Positions 18,632 to 28,236 of a stretch of 48,925 nt of DNA are shown here, piece after piece; positions within the stretch are counted from its first letter, which is position 1; every line of letters starts with the position of its first letter. The notes under the pieces are model-generated. The model saw nothing but the letters and a program-made list of their open reading frames with translations. It had not been told where the DNA came from and made no database searches. Position numbers and translations under genes: made by a program. The DNA is taken from positions 1 through 48,925 of the forward strand of contig JAYKHR010000120.1 in assembly GCA_035285125.1 (NCBI GenBank). Reading direction: 5' to 3'. This DNA comes from Candidatus Sericytochromatia bacterium (lineage in GTDB: Bacteria > Cyanobacteriota > Sericytochromatia > S15B-MN24 > JAQBPE01).

Positions 18632-20875
18632 ATGACCGCCTACGTCGCCCTTTATCGCAAGTACCGGCCGGGCAGCTTCGCGGAGCTCGTCGGGCAGGAG
18701 GCGGTCTCCCGCACGCTGTCGCGGGCCCTGACCCAGCAACGTCTGGGCCACGCCTACCTGTTCTGCGGCCCCCGCGGCACGGGCAAGACCTCCGTGGCGC
18801 GCATCCTGGCCAAGTCCGTGAACTGCCGCCAGGGCCCGACGGACGCGCCGTGCGGCACCTGTCCGAGCTGCCGGGACATCACGGCCGGCGCGCACCTGGA
18901 CGTCATCGAGATCGACGCGGCCAGCAACAACGGCGTCGACAACATCCGCGACCTGCAGGACCGGGTCGCCCTGGCCCCCGTGTCGGGTCGGATGAAGATC
19001 TACATCATCGACGAGGTGCACATGCTCTCTCAGGGCGCCTTCAACGCCCTGCTGAAGACGCTCGAGGAGCCCCCCCCGAACGTCCTCTTTGTGCTGGCGA
19101 CGACGGACCCGCACAAGGTGCTGCCCACGATCGTGTCGCGCTGCCAGCGCTTCGACTTTGGCCGCATCCCGCTTTCACGGCTCGTGGATCGCCTCACGGA
19201 GATCGTCGGGAAGGAGGGGATCCCGGCCGAGCCTGGCGCCCTCGAGGCGATCGCCCGGCGGGCCAACGGCGGCTTGCGCGATGCCCTGAGCTTGCTCGAC
19301 CAGCTGGCGGCCAGCGCCGGGGGCGAGCTGCTCACGGCGGACGCGGTGGCCTCCGGCCTCGGGCTGGTGGCGGGCGACCAGGTTGTCGCGCTTGCCGAGG
19401 CCCTGATCGCCCGGAACGCGGCCGGCGCCTTGGGCGTCGCGGCCAGCTTGCTCGCGGCGGGTCATGAACACGGCACGCTGGCTCGCGAGCTGCTGGTGCA
19501 CTTCCGCCACCTGCTGGTGCTCCAGCTGGCCCCGGACCAGGCCGCTGCGCTGGAGGTGCCCTCGGTGCATCTGGCGGCAATGCGGGAGCAGGCGGCCCGG
19601 CTCAGCCAGGCCGAGCTGCCCTGGCTGCTCGAGACGCTCAACGAGGCCGAGGGCCTCATTCGGCGCTCGCCCCAGCAGGCCGTCTGGCTGGAGCTGGGGC
19701 TGATCAAGCTTGCCTCGCGCCCGGACATTCCGGGCCTCGCGGCGCTGCTGGCCCGCGTCGAGGCGCTGGAGGCGGCGGTGGCCGGCGGGGAGGCGATCGC
19801 CCCGCGGCCCGCAAGGCCCCCGGGGGCCCTCCCAGCGCCGCCTCCGGCCCCGGCGCCCCGCGTGCCCGCGCCTGCGCCGCCGGTGCCAGTGGCCGCCGCC
19901 GCCCCTGTGCCCCCCGGGCACGGGCCCGCCGTCCCTGCCTCAGAGCCTGTGCCCCCGCCCGCTCCACCACCTGCCCCTGCGCTGGCCCCCGAGCCCGCAC
20001 CGGCGCCTTCGGGCGCCGTGCCGGTCCCGGTTCCGGCGGTCCCCGCGTTGCCGCCGCTGCCCCCTGCGCCGCCGACCGCGGCCCCGGCCCGGCCGGCCAT
20101 GGAGGTGCTGGCGGGCGGCCTCGCTGCCGACGCCCCGCCCCCCGCGAGGGGCGGCGAGCGCCCGGTGCCCCCCGGGCACTGGGACCGGGTCGTGGCCCAC
20201 CTGCGCAGCCGCAGCGTCCCGACGGCGGCGTTGCTCACGCAGAAGGCCAACCTGGCTCGCTGGGAGGAGGACGGCGCCGTCGTGGTGCGCCTGCCCAAGC
20301 CGTTCAAGGAGCAGTTCGACCGCCAGCCCCAGAAGCTGGAGCTGCTGCGGGAGGCCGTCCAGGCTGTGTTCGGGGCCAGCGCCTATGCGCGGCTCGAGGT
20401 TTCCGACGGCAAGGCGCCCGGGGGCCTGCGCACCACCAGCCAGGCGCCCGGGCCTGCGGGGCCCGCGGTGCCCCCCGCGCCCACGGCCTACGCGCCGTCC
20501 CCTGCTCCACCGGCCGCCCCGGATTCCGCGGTGCCGGCGGCCGCCGCGCCCTACCCGACGCCCCCTGCGCCGGCGGCTCCCGCGGTGCCCCCAGCTCGCG
20601 CGTCAAGCGCCGCAACGCCGGCCCCCCCGCCCCAAATGGCCCCCGCTGCCCCTGCCCCGGGCGGCCCCCCCGGAGACGACGAGCCGCCACCGCCCGAGGC
20701 GCCGTCTGCCTGGGAGCTCGAGGAAGCCGTGCCGCCGCCTGCGGCCAGCGGAGCCGCTGCGGAGGTCCCCGGCGGCGGCTTTGGCCCGCCGGAGGGGGGG
20801 GCGACGGACGACCACGCCGTCCGCCTCGTGGTGGAGGTGTTCAACGGCAAGGTCATGCTGCCGCCCGAGCCGTGA
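18632..20875 (+). CDS. dnaX: DNA polymerase III gamma/tau subunit with long Pro/Ala-rich linkers
   Basis: YVALYRKYRP, GPRGTGKTS, zinc C...CxxCxxC, EIDAASNNGVD, IIDEVHML and SRC; start placed at ATG 18632. Confidence 0.96.
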   Translation: MTAYVALYRKYRPGSFAELVGQEAVSRTLSRALTQQRLGHAYLFCGPRGTGKTSVARILAKSVNCRQGPTDAPCGTCPSCRDITAGAHLDVIEIDAASNNGVDNIRDLQDRVALAPVSGRMKIYIIDEVHMLSQGAFNALLKTLEEPPPNVLFVLATTDPHKVLPTIVSRCQRFDFGRIPLSRLVDRLTEIVGKEGIPAEPGALEAIARRANGGLRDALSLLDQLAASAGGELLTADAVASGLGLVAGDQVVALAEALIARNAAGALGVAASLLAAGHEHGTLARELLVHFRHLLVLQLAPDQAAALEVPSVHLAAMREQAARLSQAELPWLLETLNEAEGLIRRSPQQAVWLELGLIKLASRPDIPGLAALLARVEALEAAVAGGEAIAPRPARPPGALPAPPPAPAPRVPAPAPPVPVAAAAPVPPGHGPAVPASEPVPPPAPPPAPALAPEPAPAPSGAVPVPVPAVPALPPLPPAPPTAAPARPAMEVLAGGLAADAPPPARGGERPVPPGHWDRVVAHLRSRSVPTAALLTQKANLARWEEDGAVVVRLPKPFKEQFDRQPQKLELLREAVQAVFGASAYARLEVSDGKAPGGLRTTSQAPGPAGPAVPPAPTAYAPSPAPPAAPDSAVPAAAAPYPTPPAPAAPAVPPARASSAATPAPPPQMAPAAPAPGGPPGDDEPPPPEAPSAWELEEAVPPPAASGAAAEVPGGGFGPPEGGATDDHAVRLVVEVFNGKVMLPPEP

Positions 20876-20917
20876 CGCTTCCGGCGGTGCGGGAATAATG
20901 GCTGGTGAGGAGCCAGC

Positions 20918-22225
20918 ATGAGTCCGCACGTCGCTCGGGCCCGCTCACGGCCGGGCATCGCTCTCTTTCAGGTGCTGATGTTCGCGGCCATCACCACGAT
21001 CTTCCTCGTGGCCGGCTCGCAGTTCGTGATGGGCTCCCTCAAGGAGGGGCGAGCCTCTCGCCGGGACAGCCAGGTCTACAACGTGGCGCTGGCGGGCATC
21101 AATCATGCCGTCGCCTGGCTCAAGCGGCAGCCCTACCAGCCCGTGCAGGTCTTCGATCCACGGGCCACCGGCCTCGACGCGGACGAGGCCGCCGACACGC
21201 CCGCTGCCGACGAGCAGCTGGGGCTCGCTTACGAGTACCCGGTGGACAGCGGGCGGCAGATCTGGGGACGCTACGAGGTGGGTCGCTCTGCTGCCGCCCC
21301 TGCCCGCGGCAGCGTGGCGCACGCAGGCGCGCGAGACGCGACGCGCTACCCTGACGGCGTCACGTGGGTGGCGCAGGACATCGGGCGCCAGCGGGGGGGC
21401 GAGGCCGGCGCGACATGGCTCGTGCGGAGCCGGGGTTACATCTTCAGCAAGGCCGACGGGCTCACCTTCGACACGGATCCTGCCAAGCGATCGCTGACGC
21501 TGGAGGCGGAGGTGCCCCTCGTGCGGGCGCGCTACCGTCAGGCCGCCCTGTACGGGTTCTCTGGCAGCGCGGCCACGCTCACGGCGACCGCGCCCAACGC
21601 CCTGACCCTCGACGTCCTCGACGGCACGGGCCGGCCCTGGTGGCTGCGCACCACGACCGTCACCACGTCGGGCACGGTCGCCACCGGCCAGGCCGTGCTG
21701 CCGCCCCTGAGCGGACAGACGCAGGCGGCGAGCGCCACGTTCGTGGACCCCACGGCCGTCAACCAGTGGCGACACCTGTTCGGCGCGAGCGACCTCGCGG
21801 CCGTGCGTGGCCTGGCGAGCCAGGCCGTGGACCTCACGGCCGGGCAGTCGCTGGGGGCCGGCCTGGCCACCCACACCTTCACCTACGTGAAGGGCAACCC
21901 GACCTTTGGGGCGTCGCCGCCCCTGTCGGGCAGTGGCATCCTGTTCGTGGAGGGAGACCTCACGATCGACGGGGGCACCTCGCTCCAGAGCTGGAAGGGC
22001 ATGATCGTCACGACGGGCGCCTACACCCAGCGGAACCGGTCGACCGTCGTCGGTGGGGTGGTGGCAGGTGGGGCTGCGACGCTCGTGGGCGACACGGGCA
22101 AGGAGGCGACGCTGCGCTACTCGCAGGCCGAGCTCGAGCTCGCGATGCGGCTCGTGTCAGGCTACAGGCTCGACTACGCCACGGTCCACGCTCTCGAGGA
22201 CGGCGTGGAGCCCAGCCCCCTGTAG
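20918..22225 (+). CDS. PilX/GspK-like minor pilin (class III signal without Glu+5)
   Basis: Basic leader RARSRPG|IALFQVLMFAAITTIFLVAG; ALAGINHAVAWL helix; C-terminal GSGILFVEGDLTI...WKGMIV repeats typical of PilX-like proteins. Confidence 0.7.
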   Translation: MSPHVARARSRPGIALFQVLMFAAITTIFLVAGSQFVMGSLKEGRASRRDSQVYNVALAGINHAVAWLKRQPYQPVQVFDPRATGLDADEAADTPAADEQLGLAYEYPVDSGRQIWGRYEVGRSAAAPARGSVAHAGARDATRYPDGVTWVAQDIGRQRGGEAGATWLVRSRGYIFSKADGLTFDTDPAKRSLTLEAEVPLVRARYRQAALYGFSGSAATLTATAPNALTLDVLDGTGRPWWLRTTTVTTSGTVATGQAVLPPLSGQTQAASATFVDPTAVNQWRHLFGASDLAAVRGLASQAVDLTAGQSLGAGLATHTFTYVKGNPTFGASPPLSGSGILFVEGDLTIDGGTSLQSWKGMIVTTGAYTQRNRSTVVGGVVAGGAATLVGDTGKEATLRYSQAELELAMRLVSGYRLDYATVHALEDGVEPSPL

Positions 22226-22237
22226 GTGACGGTGGTG

Positions 22238-25200
22238 ATGAAGATGGCCAGGCGCTCGGGCGTCAACCTGCTGGAGGTGCTGATCGCGGGCAGCGTGGCG
22301 AGCCTGGTGTTGCTGGCGCTGGGGGCCTTCATCACGGGCGGGTTTCGCGCCAGCATCACGGAGCGTGATCGCGCCTTCGCCACGCAGAAGGCCCTCCAGA
22401 TGCTGGAGGAGATTGGCCAGCGCGGGGCCACGGCGGCTCAGGCCCAGACCGTGCAGGCGCTAGACGGCTCCACGTCCTTCGCCCTCACCACCGTCGCCGG
22501 GGCGAGCCCGGATGATCCCCTGAGCGGCAACCCGCATGACCCTGCGGTGCCCACGCGCTACAAGTACGTCCGCGCGATCACCGTGGCGGCCGAGGCGGGC
22601 GATGCGCAGGCCCAGCTCGTCACGGTCAAGGTCTGGCACAACCACGCGGACAACCCCGTCGTCCCCACCGACGAGCCGCTCGCCGTGGCCTCCGCGCTGG
22701 TCCGTACCCAGGCCGTGGCGCTGGGCTCCCGCCAGCTGATCGACCTCTACGTGCTCTCGATGGAGAACGTCCCCCACGTCCTCCGCAAGAGCGAGACCGA
22801 GCTGTTCTACCCTTCCGCAGGCGCCGCCCGGGCGCTCTTCAGCACCTCGCTGAGCAAGCTGGAGGCGCAGTTCCCCGGCTACCAGTTCCGCACCCACTAC
22901 GTCACGCGCCTCAGCGAGGGGCGCGACGCCGGCTACCGGCCCTACGTCAACGACGAGCAGCACCTTGACGCCCGCCTCAACGCGGGGCGGGACCCCCTCT
23001 CGTGGGCCTACGTCTACCCGGGCCGGATCGACGCGGGCAGCGACAGCCCACACTTCTTCAACCTGCGTGACCTGCGGGGCCGGTACTTGCGGGGGCAGCC
23101 CGCTGCTGCGCCCGTCGTCGAGAACGCGGCGAACCACGTGTTCGCCGACCAGTTCAACCATGCCGTGCGGCATGCGGACGAGTTCGTCGAGCCCTTCGGG
23201 GCGGCCGTGACGCCGGCGGGGGCGGGGGGCGGCGACGTCTCGCCGCTCAGCTGGCGGCAGCTGCTCGAGGACATGCTGTGGGACCAGACGGGCCAGTACG
23301 CGCAGGCCGTGCTCGTCAACTTGCATGGGGAACTGCTCCCCGTCGTGCCGCTGCGCAACTACGGCGACCCCGCCAAGGACCCGGGCGATGCCGCCACCGA
23401 CGCGCGCATCAAGCAGCGGCGCCTCGTCACCCACCCCTACAAGCTCGTCACGCCCGTGGACGAGCCGCTGCGGCTGCTGGTCCACCCCTTCATGGCCGAC
23501 GGCCAGCCGAGCTCCGAGGACACGCTGTACCCGACGCCGAACACGGGCGACGCGGACCGCTTCATCAAGAGCGACTGGATCGACAGCATCTCCTTGCGCT
23601 ACGCGACCCAGGCCCGCGTGGTGATCCGCGGCATCCGGCCCTACCTGGCCGATGCGGATGGCGACGGCAGCATCACGGCCCAGGACGTCACGCTCTGGAC
23701 GGTGCAGCGCGAGCGGGAGACAACGGGCACGGGCACGAAGTACGTGCGGGTGGTGGCCTGGCCCCCGGCGGCTGCTTCGGCCGAGGCCTCCGGGGGAAGC
23801 CTGGGCGGCGAGAACTTGACGACGCGCGGGGACCACAGCGGCCCGCACGTCACGGACCACCCGGACGGCCAGACGCACCATGGCAACGAGCCCCTCGCGG
23901 GCACCGAGGAGGACGGGGACCCCTACTTCGATGGCGATGACCTCGTCATCAAGGTCACAGACCTCGACTACGACGCCCGGCAGACGGCAGCGGCCGGCCT
24001 GACCTACGGCATCGACCACGGCACGGCGAGCCAGAAGCTCTACGGCCTGCAGTACTTCCCCGACCCCGTGCTGCCGTTCCTAGACGCCGCCGTCTCGGTG
24101 GCGGGCGGCGGTGGCGGCGAGGTGACCTTCCAACTGGCGCAGCAGGGGGGTGGCAAGAAGACGCCGACGCCCACGCCGACGGACACGCCGACGCCCGCGC
24201 CGACGGACACGCCGACGCCCACGCCGACGGACACGCCGACGCCCGCGCCGACGGACACGCCGACGCCCGCGCCGACGGACACGCCGACGCCCGCGCCGAC
24301 GGACACCCCCACGCCCGTCCCGACCCCCACGCCGAAGAAGGGGGGCGGCGGCAACAACAACCCGACGCCCACGCCCGTCCCGACGGCGACGCCCGTCCCC
24401 ACGCCCACGCCCCTGCTGAACGGCCCGCGCAACACGGCCCGCATCGGCATCCAGCTTCAGTTCGCGGCGGGCGCCGCCGGGCGCCGCTTCGAGGTCGTCA
24501 CGGTGCTCAAGACGGCCTCGGGGTGGGCCGCCGTGACCGACCGGGTGCCGTCCGTGAGCCGCTCGTATGCTTACGTGGGCGCCGCCGCCGACGGCTCCTG
24601 GTGGGGAGATGGCGGGCTGTACACCAACGTGCCCCCCACCGATCAGATCTGCGTGCTGGGCGACCCGCGCCACAGCCCGTATGCCGACCTGCGGGTGAAG
24701 GGCAACGGTGCGGCAGCCACCCCGCTCTACAACGCCTTCTGGCAAAACTTCTCGGCGGGGCAGCCGGTCTATGCCGGCATCACGAACACGGGCACGGCGG
24801 CCGCGAACTTCGTGGCCCCGCCCAACCCGCTCCTGTCCGAAGACGACCTCGCCGCGCTCGGCTCGGCGCCGGCGAACCAGGTGAACACCGCCTTCGTCCA
24901 CACGGCCGCCACGTGGAACGGCACGCACGTCAACGCCCCGGCGTTCTACCGGCTGGTCCGGGCGGCGCTCATCCGCAACGGCGTGACCTTCGTGAACCCC
25001 GTGGGCACGCCCGGCCGGCTGGTGGGGCTCGGCGGCGAATTCTGCCTGTCGGGCGGCGTCGACGGCTGGAGCGGCATGCGCATCAGCGCCGCACCCTACG
25101 GCGGCAGCACGGGGGCCGACGCGGGCAGCGACAGCGACGAGCTGCTCGCTGGCAGCGCCCGCCTGGTCCGGCGCGCGAGCGACGGCTGGGTCTCCTTGCC

Positions 25201-26353
25201 CTGGCTCGGCGAGCTCTACCCGGCCGACCGCTACGCCAGCCACTGGGCGACCTCGGGCAACCTGGCCGCCGGGTCGGCCAATGGAGAGTTCGCCCGCGTC
25301 ACCGTCGACGAGGTGACGGGCTGGGACGCGCGGGCCAACGCCAGCGCCGCTCAGGATCGCAAGGATGCCGGGCTGACTGGCTACGCCTCGCTGCTCGGGG
25401 CTGCGATGTCGCTCACGGACGCGGGCAGCCTCAGCGCCGCCACCTTGACGGCGCAGGGCCAGGCCTGGCTCTCCTCGCTGGGCCTGACGCTGTCGGCCGC
25501 CGGCAACCACCGCGTGACGCTTGCCCCCACGGGTGGGGCGAGCCCGGACGACTGGACGCTGGGGCTGTTCCCGCGCGAGCGCACGACGCTCTCAGCTTTC
25601 TCCTCCGTGGCGCCAGCCCCCGAGGCCTACTGGACGGGCAGCGCCGGGGGGCGCGTGGTGGTGCCTTACTACTTGCGCTACCAGAACGTGCCGACGTGGC
25701 CGGGGCTCTCGCCTTACCCGGCCGGCATGCAGGCGGTGGTGCTCACGAGCACCTTGGTGCCTGGGGCGGTGGCGGAGGCGCCGGGCGTCTTCGACGTTGC
25801 TGCGGGGGCCTTGCTGTGGGCCGCCCTCGACTTCACGCACGGCAACTATGGCGATCAGAACTTCAAGGCCCTGCCCCGCGTGAAGATCACGCGTCCTGCG
25901 CAGGGAGCCACCCTCACGGGCACGTCGGCCGACCTCACGTTCTTCGGTAAGTGGGTGCGCCCTGACGGGAAGGCCTACAGCCCCTTCACCTCCCTCCTGA
26001 CCAGCTACCCCCTCGCCTCCGACGGCCCGGCCGACGTGCGCTTCAACGTGAAGTACCGGCTCCTGCCCGACGGCGAGTGGAAGACTGCCGACGTCGGCGC
26101 GGGTGCCGGGGCCAACGCGACGACGGCTGCCGGGGTGCCAGAGGTGGGCCAGGCGCTCGCCTTCACGGGCACGGCCGTCTACCCGCCCCAGGTGGCCGTC
26201 AAGTGGGGCCTCACAGGGCTGACCCCTGGGCCCTACCTCCTGCGCGTGGAGGCCTTCCGCCAGGCCGACCCCAACCCGCTGGACCTGAACCCCGCCACCC
26301 TGCTGCCTGGTCACCACGCCTACCATGAAATCGACCTCCGCATCGGCAACTGA
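22238..26353 (+). CDS. Giant (~1370 aa) prepilin-type protein: PilV-like N-terminus plus large unknown extracellular region (start 22226, 22238 or 22244)
   Basis: [14 protein letters not shown] plus hydrophobic helix; [17 protein letters not shown]....VTVKVW pilin strands; EF-hand-like loop; Pro/Thr repeat; C-terminal Ig-like segment. Confidence 0.8.
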   Translation: MKMARRSGVNLLEVLIAGSVASLVLLALGAFITGGFRASITERDRAFATQKALQMLEEIGQRGATAAQAQTVQALDGSTSFALTTVAGASPDDPLSGNPHDPAVPTRYKYVRAITVAAEAGDAQAQLVTVKVWHNHADNPVVPTDEPLAVASALVRTQAVALGSRQLIDLYVLSMENVPHVLRKSETELFYPSAGAARALFSTSLSKLEAQFPGYQFRTHYVTRLSEGRDAGYRPYVNDEQHLDARLNAGRDPLSWAYVYPGRIDAGSDSPHFFNLRDLRGRYLRGQPAAAPVVENAANHVFADQFNHAVRHADEFVEPFGAAVTPAGAGGGDVSPLSWRQLLEDMLWDQTGQYAQAVLVNLHGELLPVVPLRNYGDPAKDPGDAATDARIKQRRLVTHPYKLVTPVDEPLRLLVHPFMADGQPSSEDTLYPTPNTGDADRFIKSDWIDSISLRYATQARVVIRGIRPYLADADGDGSITAQDVTLWTVQRERETTGTGTKYVRVVAWPPAAASAEASGGSLGGENLTTRGDHSGPHVTDHPDGQTHHGNEPLAGTEEDGDPYFDGDDLVIKVTDLDYDARQTAAAGLTYGIDHGTASQKLYGLQYFPDPVLPFLDAAVSVAGGGGGEVTFQLAQQGGGKKTPTPTPTDTPTPAPTDTPTPTPTDTPTPAPTDTPTPAPTDTPTPAPTDTPTPVPTPTPKKGGGGNNNPTPTPVPTATPVPTPTPLLNGPRNTARIGIQLQFAAGAAGRRFEVVTVLKTASGWAAVTDRVPSVSRSYAYVGAAADGSWWGDGGLYTNVPPTDQICVLGDPRHSPYADLRVKGNGAAATPLYNAFWQNFSAGQPVYAGITNTGTAAANFVAPPNPLLSEDDLAALGSAPANQVNTAFVHTAATWNGTHVNAPAFYRLVRAALIRNGVTFVNPVGTPGRLVGLGGEFCLSGGVDGWSGMRISAAPYGGSTGADAGSDSDELLAGSARLVRRASDGWVSLPWLGELYPADRYASHWATSGNLAAGSANGEFARVTVDEVTGWDARANASAAQDRKDAGLTGYASLLGAAMSLTDAGSLSAATLTAQGQAWLSSLGLTLSAAGNHRVTLAPTGGASPDDWTLGLFPRERTTLSAFSSVAPAPEAYWTGSAGGRVVVPYYLRYQNVPTWPGLSPYPAGMQAVVLTSTLVPGAVAEAPGVFDVAAGALLWAALDFTHGNYGDQNFKALPRVKITRPAQGATLTGTSADLTFFGKWVRPDGKAYSPFTSLLTSYPLASDGPADVRFNVKYRLLPDGEWKTADVGAGAGANATTAAGVPEVGQALAFTGTAVYPPQVAVKWGLTGLTPGPYLLRVEAFRQADPNPLDLNPATLLPGHHAYHEIDLRIGN
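24161..24304 (+). repeat. Six tandem 24-nt units encoding TPTP(T/A)PTD; degenerate PT repeats continue to ~24410
   Basis: acgccgacgccc(a/g)cgccgacggac x6, read directly. Confidence 0.97.
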
Positions 26354-27533
26354 GGGCGCAGCCCGCCCCGCCTTCACGCTGATGGAGGTGCTGATCGCCA
26401 TGTCCCTCGGGCTGGTCGTCGTGGGGGCGGCGCTCAACGCCTACCTCGGGGCCAACTCCGCCGTCACCCGCACGGTGGGGGACGGGCGCCTGAAGCACGC
26501 GGGCGAGCAGGCCCTCGACGACATCTACCGCGAGCTCAAGGGCGTCCGCCGCGTCTTCTCGCGTGGCACGACGGCCAGCAGCTGGCTTGCCCGCACCGCC
26601 CTGCGGCCCTGGCAGGCGGATGGCCTGACGCCGCAGGTGGAGACGGCCGACCTCGTGCTGCCCGACATGCTCGCAAGCGCCAGCTTCGACGCCAGCAACG
26701 CCGGGCTGGCGGCCGCGGCCGGCAACGCGCTGGTCTTCGTGGCCTCCGAGCCCTCGGCCCGCATCACGGAGCCGGCCGCCTCGCCCCCGGCTGGGCCTCA
26801 CACGTCGGTCTTCGGCACGCCGACGCAGCACTTCAGCGCCTACCGCTTCCACGTGTACCACCTGGCCAAGAAGCCGCTCGAGCCGGCCGAGCGGCTCGTG
26901 CGGGGCACGGATCGCGCCACGGACGGCTACACCTACAGGCTCATGCACTGGCAGAGCCGTCCCTACCTGGACTACCAGGAGGTGCGCACCTGGATCGAGC
27001 GGCTCCAAACCCACCAGCCTGCCCTCTCCCCCGAGCCCACCAGCTTCATCCAGGCCAAGCTGGCGGCCCTGTCCTCGGGCAGCCCGGTGAAGGCGCCCTA
27101 TGCGGGGGCCGTGGACCTGTCGGTCCTGGATGCCGCCAGCGGGGCCACACCCGCTGGCGTCTACGAGCTCACGCTCTCGGGCGGCGGCCTCGCGGCCTCC
27201 ACGGCCCGGCTGGCCAGCGGGGACTACCGGGGCGCCATCGCCTTCGGCGTCCAGGCGGGGTTCGGCTTGCCGATGGTGGCCTTCAACAACGGCACGGCTG
27301 CCGCGCCGCCTCCCGTTCCGGCTCGGGACGTGAGCCAGGGCGGCGATCTCGTCGTGCCCCGCTTCGCGCCCGCCGACGACCTCCGGCCCTTCGGCTTCGA
27401 GGTGCTCTACGGCGGCCCCCAGAACGGCCGCCAGATCCTGCTGCGGCTGGCACTCGCCCTGCGCGACGCGCAGGGCCGTGGCCCCCTGAAGGGCCTGGCC
27501 GTGCAGCAGACGGTGCGCCTTTACGAGCGGTAG
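26325..27533 (+). CDS. PilW/GspJ-like minor pilin
   Basis: [26 protein letters not shown]-methylation motif; [10 protein letters not shown] helix; overlaps the upstream gene by 29 nt. Confidence 0.82.
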   Translation: MKSTSASATEGAARPAFTLMEVLIAMSLGLVVVGAALNAYLGANSAVTRTVGDGRLKHAGEQALDDIYRELKGVRRVFSRGTTASSWLARTALRPWQADGLTPQVETADLVLPDMLASASFDASNAGLAAAAGNALVFVASEPSARITEPAASPPAGPHTSVFGTPTQHFSAYRFHVYHLAKKPLEPAERLVRGTDRATDGYTYRLMHWQSRPYLDYQEVRTWIERLQTHQPALSPEPTSFIQAKLAALSSGSPVKAPYAGAVDLSVLDAASGATPAGVYELTLSGGGLAASTARLASGDYRGAIAFGVQAGFGLPMVAFNNGTAAAPPPVPARDVSQGGDLVVPRFAPADDLRPFGFEVLYGGPQNGRQILLRLALALRDAQGRGPLKGLAVQQTVRLYER

Positions 27534-27551
27534 GCCCGGCGCCGCACGTCA

Positions 27552-27660
27552 GCCCTTCCTTTTTTCCTCTGATAAAGGGAAAATAAAGGGCAAGCAAAGG
27601 TCTTGTGCGTTCCGCACTTTAAGGTTATAGTCTAAAAAGTTAAGCATAAGTTAATACGTC
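27552..27660. promoter_or_regulatory. AT-rich regulatory region with imperfect hairpin (27552-27591) and AAGTTAA direct repeats at 11-bp spacing
   Basis: AAGTTAA at 27637 and 27648; TATAGT at 27626-27631. Confidence 0.55.
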
Positions 27661-27744
27661 GCCTGGCCCAAAAGGCCTGGTCGAGGGGTCTGGACGTTGC
27701 CAGCCCCGGGATAACCGAAGTTCACCGCGAAAGGACCGAGTCCG

Positions 27745-28230
27745 ATGAACCGAAACCCCGTCACCCTGCTGTCGCTGGTTGCCAGCCTCACGCTTGCGGG
27801 CTGTGGCTACGGCCCCGCCGTGCGCGCTCCCAGGCCTCAGGCCTTGGGTGTGCCCACCTCACCCACCGGCGTCCGCCTGCTCACCACGGCGCAAGCCGAG
27901 GCCCAGATCAAGGGCAAGGGCAAGGGTCCCCTCAAGGCCAACAAGGACTGGGTTATGCTGTCGGGTCGGGTCACGAAGATCCTGCCTGATGATCTCGTGG
28001 GCAACCGCCACCAGCACTTCCTCTTCGAGGCCGGGGGCGAGACCGTCAAGATCGCCCACAACCTGGAGCTCGCGCCGAAGGTTCCCGTGGCGCTCGGCGA
28101 CACCGTCGAGGTGAAGTGCGAGTACATTGCGGCCTCCCCCTACGACGTAGCCCACTGGACCCACTACGACCCGCGCGGCGGGGAGGGCGGCTACATCAAG
28201 CACCGCGGCCTCGTCTACGACCGCAACTGA
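27745..28230 (+). CDS. Lipoprotein, DUF3465-like (OB-fold)
   Basis: Lipobox LAGC; GRV..ILPDD..G.RHQHF, IAHN..LAP, GD.V and HWTH.DP....GYI motifs. Confidence 0.8.
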   Translation: MNRNPVTLLSLVASLTLAGCGYGPAVRAPRPQALGVPTSPTGVRLLTTAQAEAQIKGKGKGPLKANKDWVMLSGRVTKILPDDLVGNRHQHFLFEAGGETVKIAHNLELAPKVPVALGDTVEVKCEYIAASPYDVAHWTHYDPRGGEGGYIKHRGLVYDRN

Positions 28231-28236
28231 ACCGCC

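Noticed and set aside
24161..24304. Regular 24-nt repeats as a possible CRISPR array
   Set aside because: No unique spacers, in-frame coding repeat, and no cas genes.
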